Part shown: positions 38,455-51,803 of the stretch, piece after piece
Numbering within the stretch: position 1 is the stretch's first letter
Layout: every line of letters starts with the position of its first letter
NCBI RefSeq assembly: GCF_004010195.1
Contig: NC_057720.1
Location: forward strand, 23,293,994 to 23,357,993
DNA length: 64,000 bases
Reading direction: 5' to 3'
Origin: Chiloscyllium plagiosum
Lineage: Eukaryota
Notes under the pieces: generated by a model
Told to the model about the DNA's origin: nothing
The model's database searches: none
What the model saw: only the letters and a program-made list of their open reading frames with translations
Made by a program: the position numbers and the translations under genes

Positions 38455-39115
38455 TCAGGTGATATGATGTTTCTGCTTGATATGGGAGCTGGTGGACTTC
38501 ACTGTGATTCCCAGTGACCATGTCTGTAGTAAATGTGGTTGCTGGAAGAACTCTGGCTCAGAGTCGGTGAGCTGGAGTCTGAGCTTCAAACATTGCGACA
38601 CATCAGGGAGGGGGAGAGTTACCTGGTTGCTGTATTTCCGGAGACAGTCACACCCCTTAGACTAACTGACCCTAATTCAGCCAGTGGTCAGGGACAGAAG
38701 GGTGTAGCTGTGAGTGAGGCAGGTAGATGGATCAAGGAGATGGAGATGCAGGAGCCTCAGCCTCTGTCCTCATCCAACAGGTTCAAGAGTTTTGATCCCT
38801 GTGTGGACAGGAATGAGGACTGCAGGGAGGATGTGCTGACGGACCGCAGCATTGTGGCACAGGGAGCCATTCAAGTGTGGGAAGAGAAGAGAAATGTTAT
38901 TATAATTGGGCATAGTAAAGTTAGAGGCATAGACCTATTCTCTGTGACCAGAATTGAGAGTCCTGAATGAAGGATGTGTTGCTTGCCTGGTGCTGAGGTC
39001 GGGATATCTTATCTGGGCTGCAGAGGAACTTGGAGTGGGACGGTAAAGATCCAGTGGTCATGATCCATGTAGGTACTAACAACATAGATAAAACTAGGGC
39101 AGAGGTTCTGCTAAG
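38455..39115 (+). pseudogene. CR1 ORF1 remnant (Cys motif, coiled coil, SGNH esterase-like domain)
   Basis: HVCSKC, LRVGELESELQTLR, VIIIGHSKVRG (GDS-like), CCLPGA, VMIHVGTNN. Confidence 0.8.
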
Positions 39116-39900
39116 AGTACAATAGGCGAATGGGGGTGGGGATGGAGGTGATAGGTCAGAGAGGAGGGTGGGGAAGGTAGCAAAGAGTACAATGGGTAGA
39201 TGGAGGTGGGGATGAAGGTAATAGGTCAGAGGGGAGGCTGGAGTGGATAGGTGGGAAGGGAGATTGGCAGGTAGGACAGGTCATGAGGACGATACTGAGC
39301 TGGAAGTTAGGAACTGGGGGAAGGTGGGGGGAGGGGAAATTAGGAAACTGGTGAAGTCTACTTTGATGCCCTGGAGTTGAAGTGTTCTGAGGCGGAGGGT
39401 GAGGTGTTCTTCCTCCAGGCGTCGGGTGGTGAGGGAGCGGCGGTGAAGGAGGCCCAGGACCTGCATGTCCTCAGCAGAGTGGGAGGGGGAGTTGAAATGT
39501 TGGGCCACGGGGCAGTGAGGTTGATTGGTGTGGGTGTCCCGGAGATGTTCCTGGGAGGAGGTGTCCAGTCTCCCCAATGTAGAGGAGACCACATCGGAAG
39601 CAACGGATACAATAAATGACATTGGTGGATGTGCAGGTGAAACTTTGATGGATGTGGAAGGCTCTTTTGGGGCCTTGGATGGAGGTGAGGGAGGAGGTGT
39701 GGGTGCAGGTTTTGCAATTCTTGTGGTGGCAGGGGAAGGTGCCAGGATGGGTGGGTGGGTTGTAGGGGGGCGTGGACCTGACCAGGTAGTCACGGAGGGG
39801 CGGGAAGGGAAATATATCTCTGGTGGTGGAGTCCGTTTGGAGGTTGGCCCTACCACATGAGATAGATTTTCCTCCCCACCCCTTTCCACTTTCTGCTAAG
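39116..39900 (-). mobile_element. PLE family A GIY-YIG fragment
   Basis: FTCTSTNVIYCIRCFRCGLLYIGETG; PVAQHFNSPSHS..RRLEEEHL. Confidence 0.9.
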
Positions 39901-39904
39901 ACCG

Positions 39905-40560
39905 TTTCCTCCATAACTACAATTCTAAATGGAGACTGTAGAGGGAGTTGTGTGTATGTGTACACAGTTTGTGGCAGGATAGATGGAGATAGCAGTAAGT
40001 AAGACATATAATGTTCTTGGCTTTTGTAGAGTACAAGAGTATTGAGATGAAGTTGAACTTTTACATGACACTTTTTAGATCTCAGCTGCATTATTGTGAA
40101 TAGTTGTAGGTGCCACACTATAGGAAAGATGCAAATACAATGGAGATAGTGCAGAACCAAATTAGTAAAATGATTCCAGGCACAAGAAACTTCAGCTCTG
40201 AGGATAGATTAAGAAGTTGGGACTGTTCTCCCTGGAGAGAAGAAGCTGAGAGGAGGTCTGATTGAGGATATAAAACTCATGAACAGGCTGGACAGTATGG
40301 ACAGGGTGAAGCAGTTTTCACTTTTAAAAGGAACAAGAATGAGAGGGAATAGATTTAAAATGATGTGCAAATGAAGCAAGAATGAGAGAAACCTTTTTGA
40401 CACAGTATGTACTTTAGGTACATAATGTGCTGCTTGGAAATGTGGTGGAGGCAGATTCAATTGAGGCATTCAAGAGGGCATTGGATGTTATTTGGATAGT
40501 AATGGTGTGCAGGAGATGGACAATGATGATAGAGCCAATACAGGCATGTTGGACTTGAAT
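39905..40560 (+). mobile_element. Old CR1 3' fragment
   Basis: LGLFSLEKKKLRGGLIEDIKLM remnant. Confidence 0.75.
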
Positions 40561-41140
40561 AACCTACATTTGCACCAGAATAATTTTGTGATTCTATTAA
40601 ACAAAACAGCAGGATTCCATTTTATGCATTGTTCATTTTTACATCTTGGGTACAATAAAAGCTTTCCAAACATTGTCTCAATGATTAGTTTTATGATAAC
40701 TGTGTCCATTTATAGTGCTTGAATCTCTGCCAATTTTGATATATATCTATCTATCTGCATTGCTTTCTTGGTGTTTTGTCCCTTGTGTTTGCTTTGGTCA
40801 TCACTCACTCTTAATTTTTTCCAGACATCTATTGTGATTTTATCTTCATTGTGAGAGGTGATTATATTTTACGTTTAGATTTCTCATTGTTTTTATGGTA
40901 AAACAAGTTATGTTGCAGTCTGTTGAACATTACAAAAGTCACTGCCAATTTATTACGATTTTATTTGTCTGAGTCATTATGTTATACAAAGTGGCATAGT
41001 TTCCATAATCACGCAAGATTTGAGTTATGAATCTCTTGAGTTTCAGAGCCAGCTATACAGCCAAGGCAAGATATTTAACAAATAAGGTAGAATGATTCCA
41101 ACAAAAGTAACTTGCTTTTATATAGCTACTTTAATATGGA

Positions 41141-42197
41141 AAGTTAAAAATCACACAACACCCGGTTATAGTCCAACAGGTTTATTTGGAAGCACTAGCT
41201 TTCGAAGTGCTGCTCCTTCATCAGGTGGTTGTGGAGTATATGATTGTAAGACACACAATTTATAGCAAATGTTTCCAGTACAGTGTGACGCAATTGAAAT
41301 GATATATTGAAAAAGACCTGGATTGTTTGTTAAGTCTCTCATCTTTTAGAATGACCATGTTGGCTTCAGTTCTTTCATATGTAAATTGCAGAACTATTTT
41401 TAAAAGTTACATTCTCAAGTGAACTTTAACAATAGGTGCCATGCCGGCTTAGATAATGCATTGAAGGTGTGAAGTTAAAGTCTGTCTGTCTGTGCCCCAA
41501 TGTTCAGACTGATTCTATTTCTGAAAAAAAGGAATTACAGAATCTTACATGGACTCAAGCAGTTTTTGAGCAAAAAAGAATGTAATTCTGCAAGTACAAA
41601 TTCACCCCACAAACTTATGTGTGTGTGTGTGTGTGTGTGCATGTGGGTGTGTGCGTGGAGGGATGATGTGAGTGTCTGTGAGAGAGTGTGTGTATGTGTA
41701 TGTCTGAGTGTAAGTGTAAAGGGATGTAAGTCTGTGAGAGGGTGCGTATGTTGGTGTGAGTGTGGGAGTGTATATGTGAGCTTATGAGAGAGAAGGTCTG
41801 CGTGAGTATACGGGTCTGTAGGAATATGTGTGTGTGTGTGTGAGAGAGAGATAGTGTATAGTGCAGTGGGGTCACCTTTACTGTGACATGAACACAAGGT
41901 CCCAGTTGAGGCCATCACCATGGGTACCGAACTTGGCTATCAACTTCTGCTCAGCCACTTTGCTTTGTTGACTGTCCTGAAATCCGCCTTGGAGGATGGT
42001 CAGCGTGTGGTGCCCATTTATCTATTATCGTAGCATCTGCTTGATCTCGCCAATGTACCATGTCTCAGGGCATCCTTGCCTGCAGCGTATTCTCATACAC
42101 TGTTGGCCGAGTCACAAGAGTATGTCCATATGTGTAATGGTGATATCCATGTCAACACTCTGACACGTCTTACAGCATCTGCTGTGACAGGGTTGTA
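41141..42197 (-). mobile_element. PLE family C 3' region with (CA)n-rich UTR
   Basis: Terminal repeat as at 20625 and 63525; hammerhead motif at about 41193-41227; GIY-YIG remnant near 42050-42125; TG-rich tract 41617-41860. Confidence 0.85.
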
Positions 42198-43463
42198 TTG
42201 TTCCACCAGAGATATATTTCTCTCCCACCCCTATCTGCCTTCCACAGAGACCATTCCCTTCGCGACTCCCTTGTTAGATACACACTCCCCACCAACCCAC
42301 TCTCCACTCCCGGCACCTTTCCCTGCCACCGCAAGAAATATAAAACTTGCACCCACACTTCCCACCTCACCTCCGTCTAAGGCTCCAAAGGATCCTTCTC
42401 CATCTGACAGAGATTTACCAGTACTTCCACACACATCATCTACTGTGTCCATTGCTCTCCATGTGTTCTCCATAGGGACACCACAATGGGGAGACAGGAT
42501 GCCAACTTGAAGAATGTTTCAGAGAACATCTCTGGGACACATGCACCAACCAATCCCATCGCCCTGTGACCGAACACTTTAACTCCCCTCCCTCTCCGCC
42601 AAGGACATGCAAGTCCTGGGCCCCCTGCACCACCAAACTCTAGCCCACCAACCTCCAGATGCACTGCATCATCCTCCACCATTTCCACCACCTACAAACA
42701 GACTCCACCACCAGGGATATATTTCCCTGCCCACCCCTATTTGCATTTTGGAGAGACCATTCCCTCCATGACTCCCTTGCTAGGTCTGCGCACCCCCACC
42801 AACCCACCCTCCACTCCTGGCCAGTGCCCACACATCCCACCTCACCTCCACCAAGGCCCCAAAGGATCCTTCCACATCTGACAGAGACTTACCAGTACTT
42901 CCACACACGTCATCTACTGTGTCCGTTGCTCTCGATGTGGTCTCCTTGGGGACACCACACTGGGGAGACAGGACACCAACTTGTGGAATGTTCAAAGAAC
43001 ATCTCTGGGACACACGCACTGAACAACTCCACCCACAAACTCTAACCACCCGATGCCTAGAAGAAGAATGCCTCATGTTCCACCTTGGGATCCTCCAACC
43101 AAAGGGGATCAGTGTCGATTTCACCAGTTTCCTCATTTCCCCTCCCTCCACCTTCTCCCAGATCCAACCTTTCAACTTGGCATTGCCCCCTTGAACTGTC
43201 ATACCTGTCCAGCTTCCTTCCAACCTCTCCAATCCACCGTCCTCTCCAACCTATCACCATCACACCCCCCACTTTCATCTACCTATTGTATTTCCAGCTA
43301 CCTGACCCAAACCACCACCCCTCCCCCAACCCCCACATTTATCTCTCAGCCCCCTTGGGCCATCCCCTCATTCCTGATGAAGAGCTCATGCTCAAAATAT
43401 CAACTCTCCTGCTCCTTGAATGCTCCCTGACCAGCTGTGCTTTTCCAGCACTGCACATTTCAA
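42198..43463 (+). mobile_element. PLE family A-like 3' region in two tandem partial copies
   Basis: AFHRDHSLRDSL occurs near 42240 and again near 42745; EECLMFHLGILQPKGISVDF; terminal repeat at 43370-43463. Confidence 0.85.
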
Positions 43464-43924
43464 CTATTTATCTTTAGCACCACACCATCTTAGCAACCTG
43501 CCAGAAGGAGTCCTACTCTTTCCCTATTGCCCAGTATAGCATTACATCTTGTTATTGTTGTATGCTGGGCTGGTCAAATGTATGGACTGGAGGCGGCATG
43601 CTGGGATGCAGAAGGGACACTAATTGCAAAAGGGAGCAGCTCAGCACATAACAATAATAAACAAGAGAGCATTAGAAGGCATGGGTCATTGTGGATTGGG
43701 GATTAATGATTGATTATCACTACCACCCTGGTATTGATGGGGACACCGTGATTATAACTGTAGTTATAAGAATGAAGCTACACTGGCTTTTCATCTTTAA
43801 AGCCTTAAACCAATTGTTAACATTAAATTTGATGAGCAGTAAAAACAAAGGAAGATGAAAACAAGATCTGCATTTGTTCCTAAGACATGACAAGGATCTT
43901 TGTCTTTTGAGCAACAACAAGTTT

Positions 43925-44992
43925 AGAGTCATAGAGATGTACAGCATGGAAACAGACCCTTCGGTCCATCCCGTCCACGCCGACCAGATATCCCAACCCA
44001 ATCTAGTCCCACCTACCAGCACCCGGCCCATATCCCTCCAAACCCTTCCTATTCATATACCCATCCAAATGCCTCTTAAATTTTGCAATTGTACCAGCCT
44101 CCACCACATCCTCTGGCAGCTCATTCCATACCCGTACCACACTCTGTGTGAAAAAGTTACCCCTTAGATCTCTTTTGTATCTTTCCCCTCTCACCGTAAA
44201 CCTATGCCCTCTCGTTCTGGACTCCCCAACCCCAGGGAAAAGACTTTGCCTATTTACCTTACCCATGCCCCTCATAATTTGTAAACCTCTATAAGGTCAC
44301 CCCTCAGCCTCCGATGCTCCAGGGAAAACAGCCCCAGCCTGTTCAGCATTTCCTTATAGCTCAAATCCTCCAACCCTGGCAACATCCTTCACAACATCTT
44401 TCCCATAGGAAGGAGATCAGAATTGCATGCAATATTCCAACAATGGCCTAACCAATGTCCTGTAAGTCGCAACATGACCTCCCAACTCCTGTACTCAATA
44501 CTCTGACCAATAAAGGAAAGCATACCAAACACCTTCTTCACTATCCTATCTACCTGTGACTCCACTTTCAAGGAGCTATGAACCTGCACTCCAAGGTCTC
44601 TTTGTTCAGCAACACTCCCTAGGACCTTCCCATTAAGTGTATAAGTCCTGCTAAGACTTGATTTCCCATAATGCAGCACTTCGCATTTTTCTGAATTAAA
44701 CTCCATCTGCTACTTCTCAGCCCATTGGCCCATCTGGTCAAGATCCTGTCATAATCTGAGGTAACCCTCTTCGCTGTCCTCTACACATCCAATTTTGGTG
44801 TCATCTGCAAACTTACTAACTGTACCTCTTATACTCGCATCCAAATCATTTATGTAAATGACAAAAAGTAGAGGGCCCAGCACCGATCCTTGTGGCACTC
44901 CACTGGTCATAGGCCTCCAGTCTGAAAAACAACCCTCCACCACCACCCTTTGTCTTCTACTTTTGAGCCAGTTCTGTATCCAAATGGTTAGT
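43925..44992 (-). mobile_element. CR1/HER1-type LINE RT and 3' end
   Basis: [45 protein letters not shown]; ctatgactct tail. Confidence 0.95.
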
Positions 44993-44994
44993 TT

Positions 44995-45318
44995 ATCATC
45001 AATGAATGATCACTTCATACAGTTGAGATCTATAGGGTGTCAATTCTGTCCTGTTTGGCTTGTTATGCCTGACATTGTACTGCTGGTGATGGTGGTTATG
45101 GTGATGATTGTCTTCCTCTGGTTCAAACTCCTCCTTTACCTCCTTGGTAGATTGCTGCTGCTCTCCCAACTCTTCAGCATCTATCACAACCCCTCTTTTG
45201 CCTGCTCCAGACATGCAGAGTACAATGTGCAAGGATTACATTGCATACTTTCTCTGGTCTATACTGCAGGTACCCCCCCCCCCCATATTGACCAATCAGA
45301 ACCTTATCTTTAGAAGGC
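44995..45318 (-). pseudogene. PIF/Harbinger transposase C-terminal relic
   Basis: Minus strand GLLKIRF*LVN.GG.LQYRPEKVCNVILAHCTLH followed by an acidic tail; matches the Harbinger/HARBI1-family pattern LKxRFRCL..GxLQYxPEK...I.ACCxLHN; has a stop and frameshifts. Confidence 0.75.
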
Positions 45319-45499
45319 CTTTAGGGCTTACTACCACCTTTCCTGGGGCAACTAGGGATGGGCAGTAAATGAATGACAAAAAAAAGACCCAATTTACCTC
45401 CTGAGCTCTAGGTCTACAACTCAATGATGCCGACTTTGTGAAGCACTGATGCCCCATCAATACCATGGTGATGGTGATCATCAATTTTTTTTTCTATTC

Positions 45500-47870
45500 A
45501 TGCATTAGAACTCCTAAATCCATCTGTCCTACAGCTTTTTGCAGCTTTTCCCCATTTATGTAATAATCAGCTCTTTAATCGTTCCTGCCAAAGCACAACC
45601 TCCCCCCCTCACATTTCCCGACAGTATATTCCATCTGTCAAGTTTTGCCTACTCATTACCCTATCTATACCTCTCTAGACTATTTATTGCATCTTCACCA
45701 CTTGCCTTCCCACCTATTTTTGTGTCATTTGCTAATTTGGTGATAGTATATTCACTTCTAATATCCAAGTCATGATATTGATGTTGACGAGACACTGCTC
45801 ACACACAAAGACAGTGGCTGTGTAGTTACCCAAGCCCTAGCTACTGACTCAAGCCAGTTTGAGCTGGTTCAGCTCTTAAGGATGACAAAAGGGGGAAATC
45901 CTTATTTAGTGGAAGAGTAATGAGGTAATCCTAAAGGTGACCTTGGAGTGAGCCTATAGTGGGAGGATACCAGCTCTCGGATGCACTGAGAGCCAACAAG
46001 AACAATCACCACCTTCGGGAAGCTCAGGAGAAAGGATAAAAAGGAAAGATTTCAGTGAGCCATCAGCGAAAACATCAGAGAGCAACCTTCACTAAGTGCA
46101 ACCCCATACTTGGAAGATGACCTCCAAAACCTTGAAATGATGCCCGGTCAGCACGAGCTTCTACTCGTGGGTATTAGCTTCTATTTTGTTGACTGTTCTG
46201 GGAACATCAAGCTAAGTGAATTAGAAAGAATGAAAATTAGAATTAGCTTTATTGTCACATGTATTCGAATGAGTACAGTGAAAAGTGTACAAGGTACCAC
46301 TTACAGCACCATCTTAGGTCCAAGAGGTCCCTAGGTACAACTTCTTCAGTTACAGTTCTTCGAAAGAAAGAGAAGTAAAAAGTCCAGCATTACAAATCTT
46401 AGGAATAAATTATAAAATGGAGATCTTCCAACCCAGTCCATACTGGCAGCCAACCTCCAGTCCTCACCAGACCTTGACTCTAGACTGCGCTGGGCTTCAC
46501 CTCAGGGTTCCTGAAGCTGGGAGATCACTGTGGAATCACCTCAAGATGGAAAAACCACACTGAGGTCATACCAGGCTGAGAGATCATCTTGTACTGCTGG
46601 AAGATCATCATGCCAGGCGGAGAGACTGCCCAACTGAGCTGCTGGGAGACCACCATGCCAAGCTGAGGGGACTCTGTGCCAGACAAAGACCTAATCTCAT
46701 CAGGTCGGTGCTGAGGTCAGGAATTGCGAGATCAGGAAGTCGGAGGCTGCAAAGGACAGAGGTCGCTAGGTGGTATGTTTGAATTTTTAGCCTTGTATGA
46801 ACTGCATGTTTGCTGTTAACCTTTTTCCAAACAAATGATGTGAATTGTGTATCTGCTTTAACTAAACTCATAAAGGTAGTGGTTACTTGATATTGACTTG
46901 ACTCTTGTCTTCTCTGTGTGAGCCAATAACTCTTGTCAAGGGAGGCTATGGGACAACATTGTAAATAATTGCAGCCCTCGCACTGATTCCTGTGGCACTC
47001 CACTAGTTACAAGTTGCCACCCTGAAAATGCTCCCTTTATCCAAATTCTCTATTTTCTATTAGTTAGCTAATCCCATATCCATGCTAATATACTCCATCC
47101 AATATTGCAGACTCGTCTTATTAAGGAGTCTAAAGTGTAGTACTTTACTGAACGTCTTTGGGAACTCAAAATATAATACAAGTACTCATTCCTCTTTATC
47201 TATCCTGATTGTTATCTCTTCAAATGGGTATAATACATGTGTCAGGCATGATTTCCCCTCAAAGCCATAATGACTCTTCTTGATTATGTGTTCTTAGATA
47301 CTCTGCTATAAGATCCTTTATAATAGATTAATATTTTCCCAATGACAGACGTTAAGCCAACTGGCCTAAAGTTACTTGTTTCTCATCTCCCCTTTTGAAT
47401 GAAATGTTATATTGACAGTTTTCTAATCCTATGGAACATTTTTAGATTACAACTCGTGTATCCACTATCTCTGTAGCTATTTCCTTTAAAATCCCCGAAT
47501 GTAATCCATCAGGTCCGGGGACTTATTAGCCTTTACCCCCATCTTTTTTCCCTAATACATGTTTCTCTAGTGATAGTTATTTAGTATTGTTGAAATGTTA
47601 TTAGTGTCGTCTATTGGGAAGACTGATGCAAAGTATTTGTTTGACTTCTCTGCCATTTCCAGGTTCCCCAGTTTTATTTCATCACTCTTGTTTTTAAACG
47701 GGCCAATTTATTATTGCCTCACTTTCCCTTTTCTTATATTTAAAGAAGCTCATACTGTCTGTTTCTATGTTACTTGGTGATTTTCCCTTATCATTTTTTC
47801 TCCCTTTTTTGCGGTCATTGTTTGTTCACATTTAAAGACATTCCCAATCCTCTGATTTATCCCTAATCAT
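45500..47870 (-). mobile_element. Old CR1 RT, interrupted by 45782-46958
   Basis: Minus-strand KLANDTKIG, GVPQESV, GFEGKSCLT, PGPDGL remnants. Confidence 0.8.
45782..46958. mobile_element. Probable solo LTR with an internal insertion (about 46220-46760)
   Basis: Termini TGTTG...CAACA; flanks ttga / ttgt; CR1 joins cleanly across it. Confidence 0.6.
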
Positions 47871-48109
47871 AAAGACAAGGCAAGACATAGATGCTTTGAA
47901 CAGCCAAGGTGGTGCAAAGTGAGGGAGAACAAATAAGAAATCAAAGAGTCCTGAGATGCACCCTGCTTTAATGTATGAGAGGAGTTCCTGTCTCTGGACA
48001 CAGAGTGGTCTGGTAGTAATATTGTAGTGAAAGGTTTTGATGAGTTTTAAGTGCAGTAATGAAGTGGTGAATTCTATTATAAGTGTGTTGGAGATGTGCT
48101 ATAACAACA

Positions 48110-48440
48110 TGGTTAAAGTCAGAAGCCGCATGACACCAGACTATAGTCAGGTTTATTTGAAATCACAAGCTTTTGGAGCCCTGCTCCTTCATCAGGTGAA
48201 GTGGAGTGAAGTGCACAGGCACAGAATTTATATGCAGAGAGATAACGGCAAGATAATTCCAAAACATTAAGTGTCAAAAGGTAAGTACAAATAGTGTGAA
48301 TGAAATGTTGACAGACTGAATAACACCCTTTGCAGGTGATCAAAAGTGTTAAATGGTGTGAGTAAAGTGTCAACAGCTGACTAGCAAGTGAAGGGATGAC
48401 CTATGAACTGATTAATTAAGGCAGAGAGGTAATTATGAAA
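48110..48440 (-). mobile_element. PLE family C terminal repeat, degenerate
   Basis: acaccagactatagtc...gcttttggagccctgctccttcatcaggtg. Confidence 0.75.
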
Positions 48441-51210
48441 AAATCAAAGGCTGGTGCATGACCTATGCCAACGTCTTTGATGGGGTGCACTGCCCACGGA
48501 GTGTAGTGTGAGCTATTGGGTAATGCTGGCCAAGATGGAGGACCAGAGGAACAAGAGACAACCTGGATTCACCTGATACTCACTCAAACTTCTATATGGG
48601 GAACTGTTACTCTCTAGTTTCTCTCCACTGCCTGGGAAAATTAATAGTTGCATATAAATGATTAGGAATGAAATGGAATGCATGTAACTGGGTCCTTCAT
48701 TGCTTACTAGCAAGACTTCCATTTTATTGCCATAACCTTGGGTAGAACATTAGACTTTCTTATCTTGATATCAATATCTAATTTTTCTGAAATAAACCCA
48801 TTTTCCCAACTATCACGTCTTTGTCTATATGTTTTTAAAGGCTGAGGAAATTTCATCCTATATCATGTTTACTACAAGAGACCAAAAGAAGGCTTTCATC
48901 ATCCAAACTAGACCATATGGGCTCTGGAGAATTGTATACCTAGAAGGCATTGATGACAGTACAGATAACATGCTATTTAGTCTCATTATTTAACAGATAC
49001 TAAATATATTACAGGAGTTGAAGACAATGTGTATCATACCAGGGGAAATTATTGTGATCAACAAACTAAAGGTTTTGTTAAGTATAGGTTTACCAAGCGT
49101 GAAAATGAGAGTGGCTGAGAGGTCAATAGCGACAGATGTAATTTGATGAATGGAGGGCAAAAGACATTTGGAAGTATTGTTGCTCAGTTGTAAATGGTTT
49201 GGGGAAGGGTTAATTCCAGAGTTGAATGCAGAGGGCTTGAGTTGGAGAATGTGGGTGGTATGGAAATTAAAAAAAGAGATCAAAGATGATCTTGTCAGTG
49301 ATTTAGACCATGGGACCAGTGACCATGTGAGTTGGCAATTTGGGTCTGAATTCGTTTTTTAAAATGCTGGTCAAAAATCTCAGCAGCATAAATTCTAACA
49401 GCAATAATTACCATAAACACTGCTGAATTAAATTACATACTAAGGCTCAGGAATCTAATGGGTGTAGCATATGTGAGCGCAGAGTTTTGTTCTTTGTTGC
49501 TGTGGCAACTCAATTTTATTGTCTTGGAAGATTTGCACACTGCTAAGGCTTGCAATATTCAGTCAATGCTATTCCAGAGTGACTAGAAATTTAGACTATG
49601 AATTCCCAGCATTGTTTAAGGCATATTGGAAGCATCAATTTGATAGTAGAAAATTTGCTTCATTTGTTCTTTGCTGAAGGAAGAATCTTTGCATATACAA
49701 ATTCATAGTTTATCTCCATGTCAATTTGCTATCTATGACTGACTGATAAAACAGTCATGATACAGTTGTTTACTGGTAATGAATGATATTGGTTCGTAAT
49801 TGCATATAATTTGTTTTAGCGGCTTATTTCATAAGAATGAATCAGCAGTTGACAAAAGTAGCATACAGCACAGTTCCATGTTTCTTCAGTTGATGAAAAT
49901 TGTCATTAAAAAGCCTTTCAATATCTAACACTACCTACTCAGCAAAACGTTTCCTGTCATTTAAAGACATCTCTGATTTGCCAGGGTTGAAACCCTGAAA
50001 CATAGCTGAAATACCAAGCATTGTCCAAGCAAAGGCCTGCAGAAATGTTCAATAAATGCGCGAGAAGTTTTATAGATTGTGATTCTAATCTGCACAAAAT
50101 GTGAAATTATAAGCCGATGAAGAGATTGTTTTTTTCAAATTTGCCAAAGCAGTTGAGAAAATGCTGAAAAGAAGTTCTATAAGCATATTAATGGGTTGGA
50201 AAGGTAGACCAAACATTGATTTTAAAGCAGCATGTGGCATTGTACAGATTGCAGTGTGACTTATTGTTTTCAAGGCAAAAAGGGAGAAAATCATAAATTC
50301 CATTTCCACAATACCCACAATAATCTTGCAATCTCAAGTATAAAGAAATGATTTTGCAGCATCTTAATTGCTTAAGCCCAAAGTTCTGGAATTTTCTCTC
50401 TATCACTCTTTAGCTCCTTTAAGTTATTCCTCAAGTCCATTTCCTTGACCTTGGGAATCATTTATTATGTTAAAGATGCTATACAAATATAAACTTTTGT
50501 TGTTAACTGTGAATTAATGAATTTTCAGACCTTCAGAACGTATAAGAAACCAACTCAGTAATTTTAATGTGCTATTTCTCAAAGGCTGCTTTAATAGAGC
50601 TGAAACTGAAACTGTCATTTTTTTGATCAGTGGCAAACTGAAGGAACCCATAGTTCCTGAAATTACCCACTAAATAAAAACAAGAACAGCCCCTTTAATC
50701 TCAAACTTACTCTCCTGTTCACAGTTGATCTGTACATCATTTCCATTTGTTCATTTTTGTTCACTAACCCTTGGAATCCTTACCTAGTAATTACTATATT
50801 GAATCTCATAGCAGATAAACAGTCTGTTTGACATAACAGGTATATGCTCCATATGAGCCTCTTTCTAACTTGACTTTACCTGGCTTTATGAACATGACCT
50901 TGTTTTCAGTTTTCCAATGTATTTAAGCTTCCTCAAAAAGAATCTCATCATTGGCAATCACTCACTAACTAGTCTGATTGTCCACCTAGGAAATTCTGCA
51001 TCACTGGTCAATAGAAAAAAATCTATACTAATTGCCTCAACCTCTTGTGAATTCTACATTCGCACCAGCCTTTCAAGTTTCTCCTGAACTTCTTAGTAGA
51101 TTTATTAACAAATTATATTTACGAATCCTAAACAAATGGAAGCAACTTTGCCATTTAGAAAACTTTATCAAATAGTGCTGAAGATATCAATTATCCTTAC
51201 AGCACTTGGT

Positions 51211-51522
51211 GGGCAGCACGGTGGCACAGTGGTTAGCACTGCTGCCTCACAGCGCCAGAGACCCGGGTTCAATTCCCGCCTCAGGCGACTGACTGCGTGG
51301 AGTTTGCACGTTCTTCCCGTGTCTGCGTGGGTTTCCTCCGGGTGCTCCGGTTTCCTCCCACAGTCCAAAGATGTGCAGGGTCAGGTGAATTGGCCATGCT
51401 AAATTGCCCGTAGTGTTAGGTAAGGGGTAAATGTAGGGGAATGGGTGGGTTTCGCTTCGGCGGGTCGGTGTGGACTTGTTGGGCCGAAGGGCCTGTTTCC
51501 ACACTGTAATCTAATCTAATCT
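51211..51522 (+). mobile_element. HE1-type V-SINE, young and full length
   Basis: A box TGGCACAGTGG, B box GGTTCAATTCC, V domain, CR1-like 3' end, taatc tail; CpGs retained. Confidence 0.95.
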
Positions 51523-51803
51523 ATAGGTTTACAGTGAGATGGGAAAGATATAAAAGAGACCTAAGGGCAACTTTTTCATGTCGAGGGTGTTACGTGTGTG
51601 GAATGAGCTGCCAGAGGAAGTGGTGGAGCTAGTACAATTGCAACATTTAAAAGGCATCTGGATGGGTATATGAATAGGCAGGGTTTGGAGCGATATTGGC
51701 CAGGTGCTGGGAGGTGGCACTAGATTGGGTAGGGATATCTGGTCGGCATGGACAAGTTGGACCGAAGGGTCTGTTTCCATGCTGTACATCTCTATGACTC
51801 TAT
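51523..51803 (+). mobile_element. CR1/HER1-type 3' end
   Basis: RYKRDLRGNFF..WNELPEEVV; ctatgactctat tail. Confidence 0.9.

Noticed and set aside
41500..41921. His/Thr- and Cys/Val-rich ORFs
   Set aside because: Translations of a (CA/TG)n tract in a PLE UTR.
48573..48631. Possible minus-strand exon (SGEKLESNSSPYRSLSEYQ)
   Set aside because: Splice-like signals only, with no partner exons or homology.
48990..50320. Short ORFs on both strands
   Set aside because: Look like very old CR1 debris or AT-rich noise; no supportable product.
51211..51290. tRNA-like sequence (also 55041-55120)
   Set aside because: It is the tRNA-derived head of a V-SINE, continuous with the V domain and LINE-like tail.
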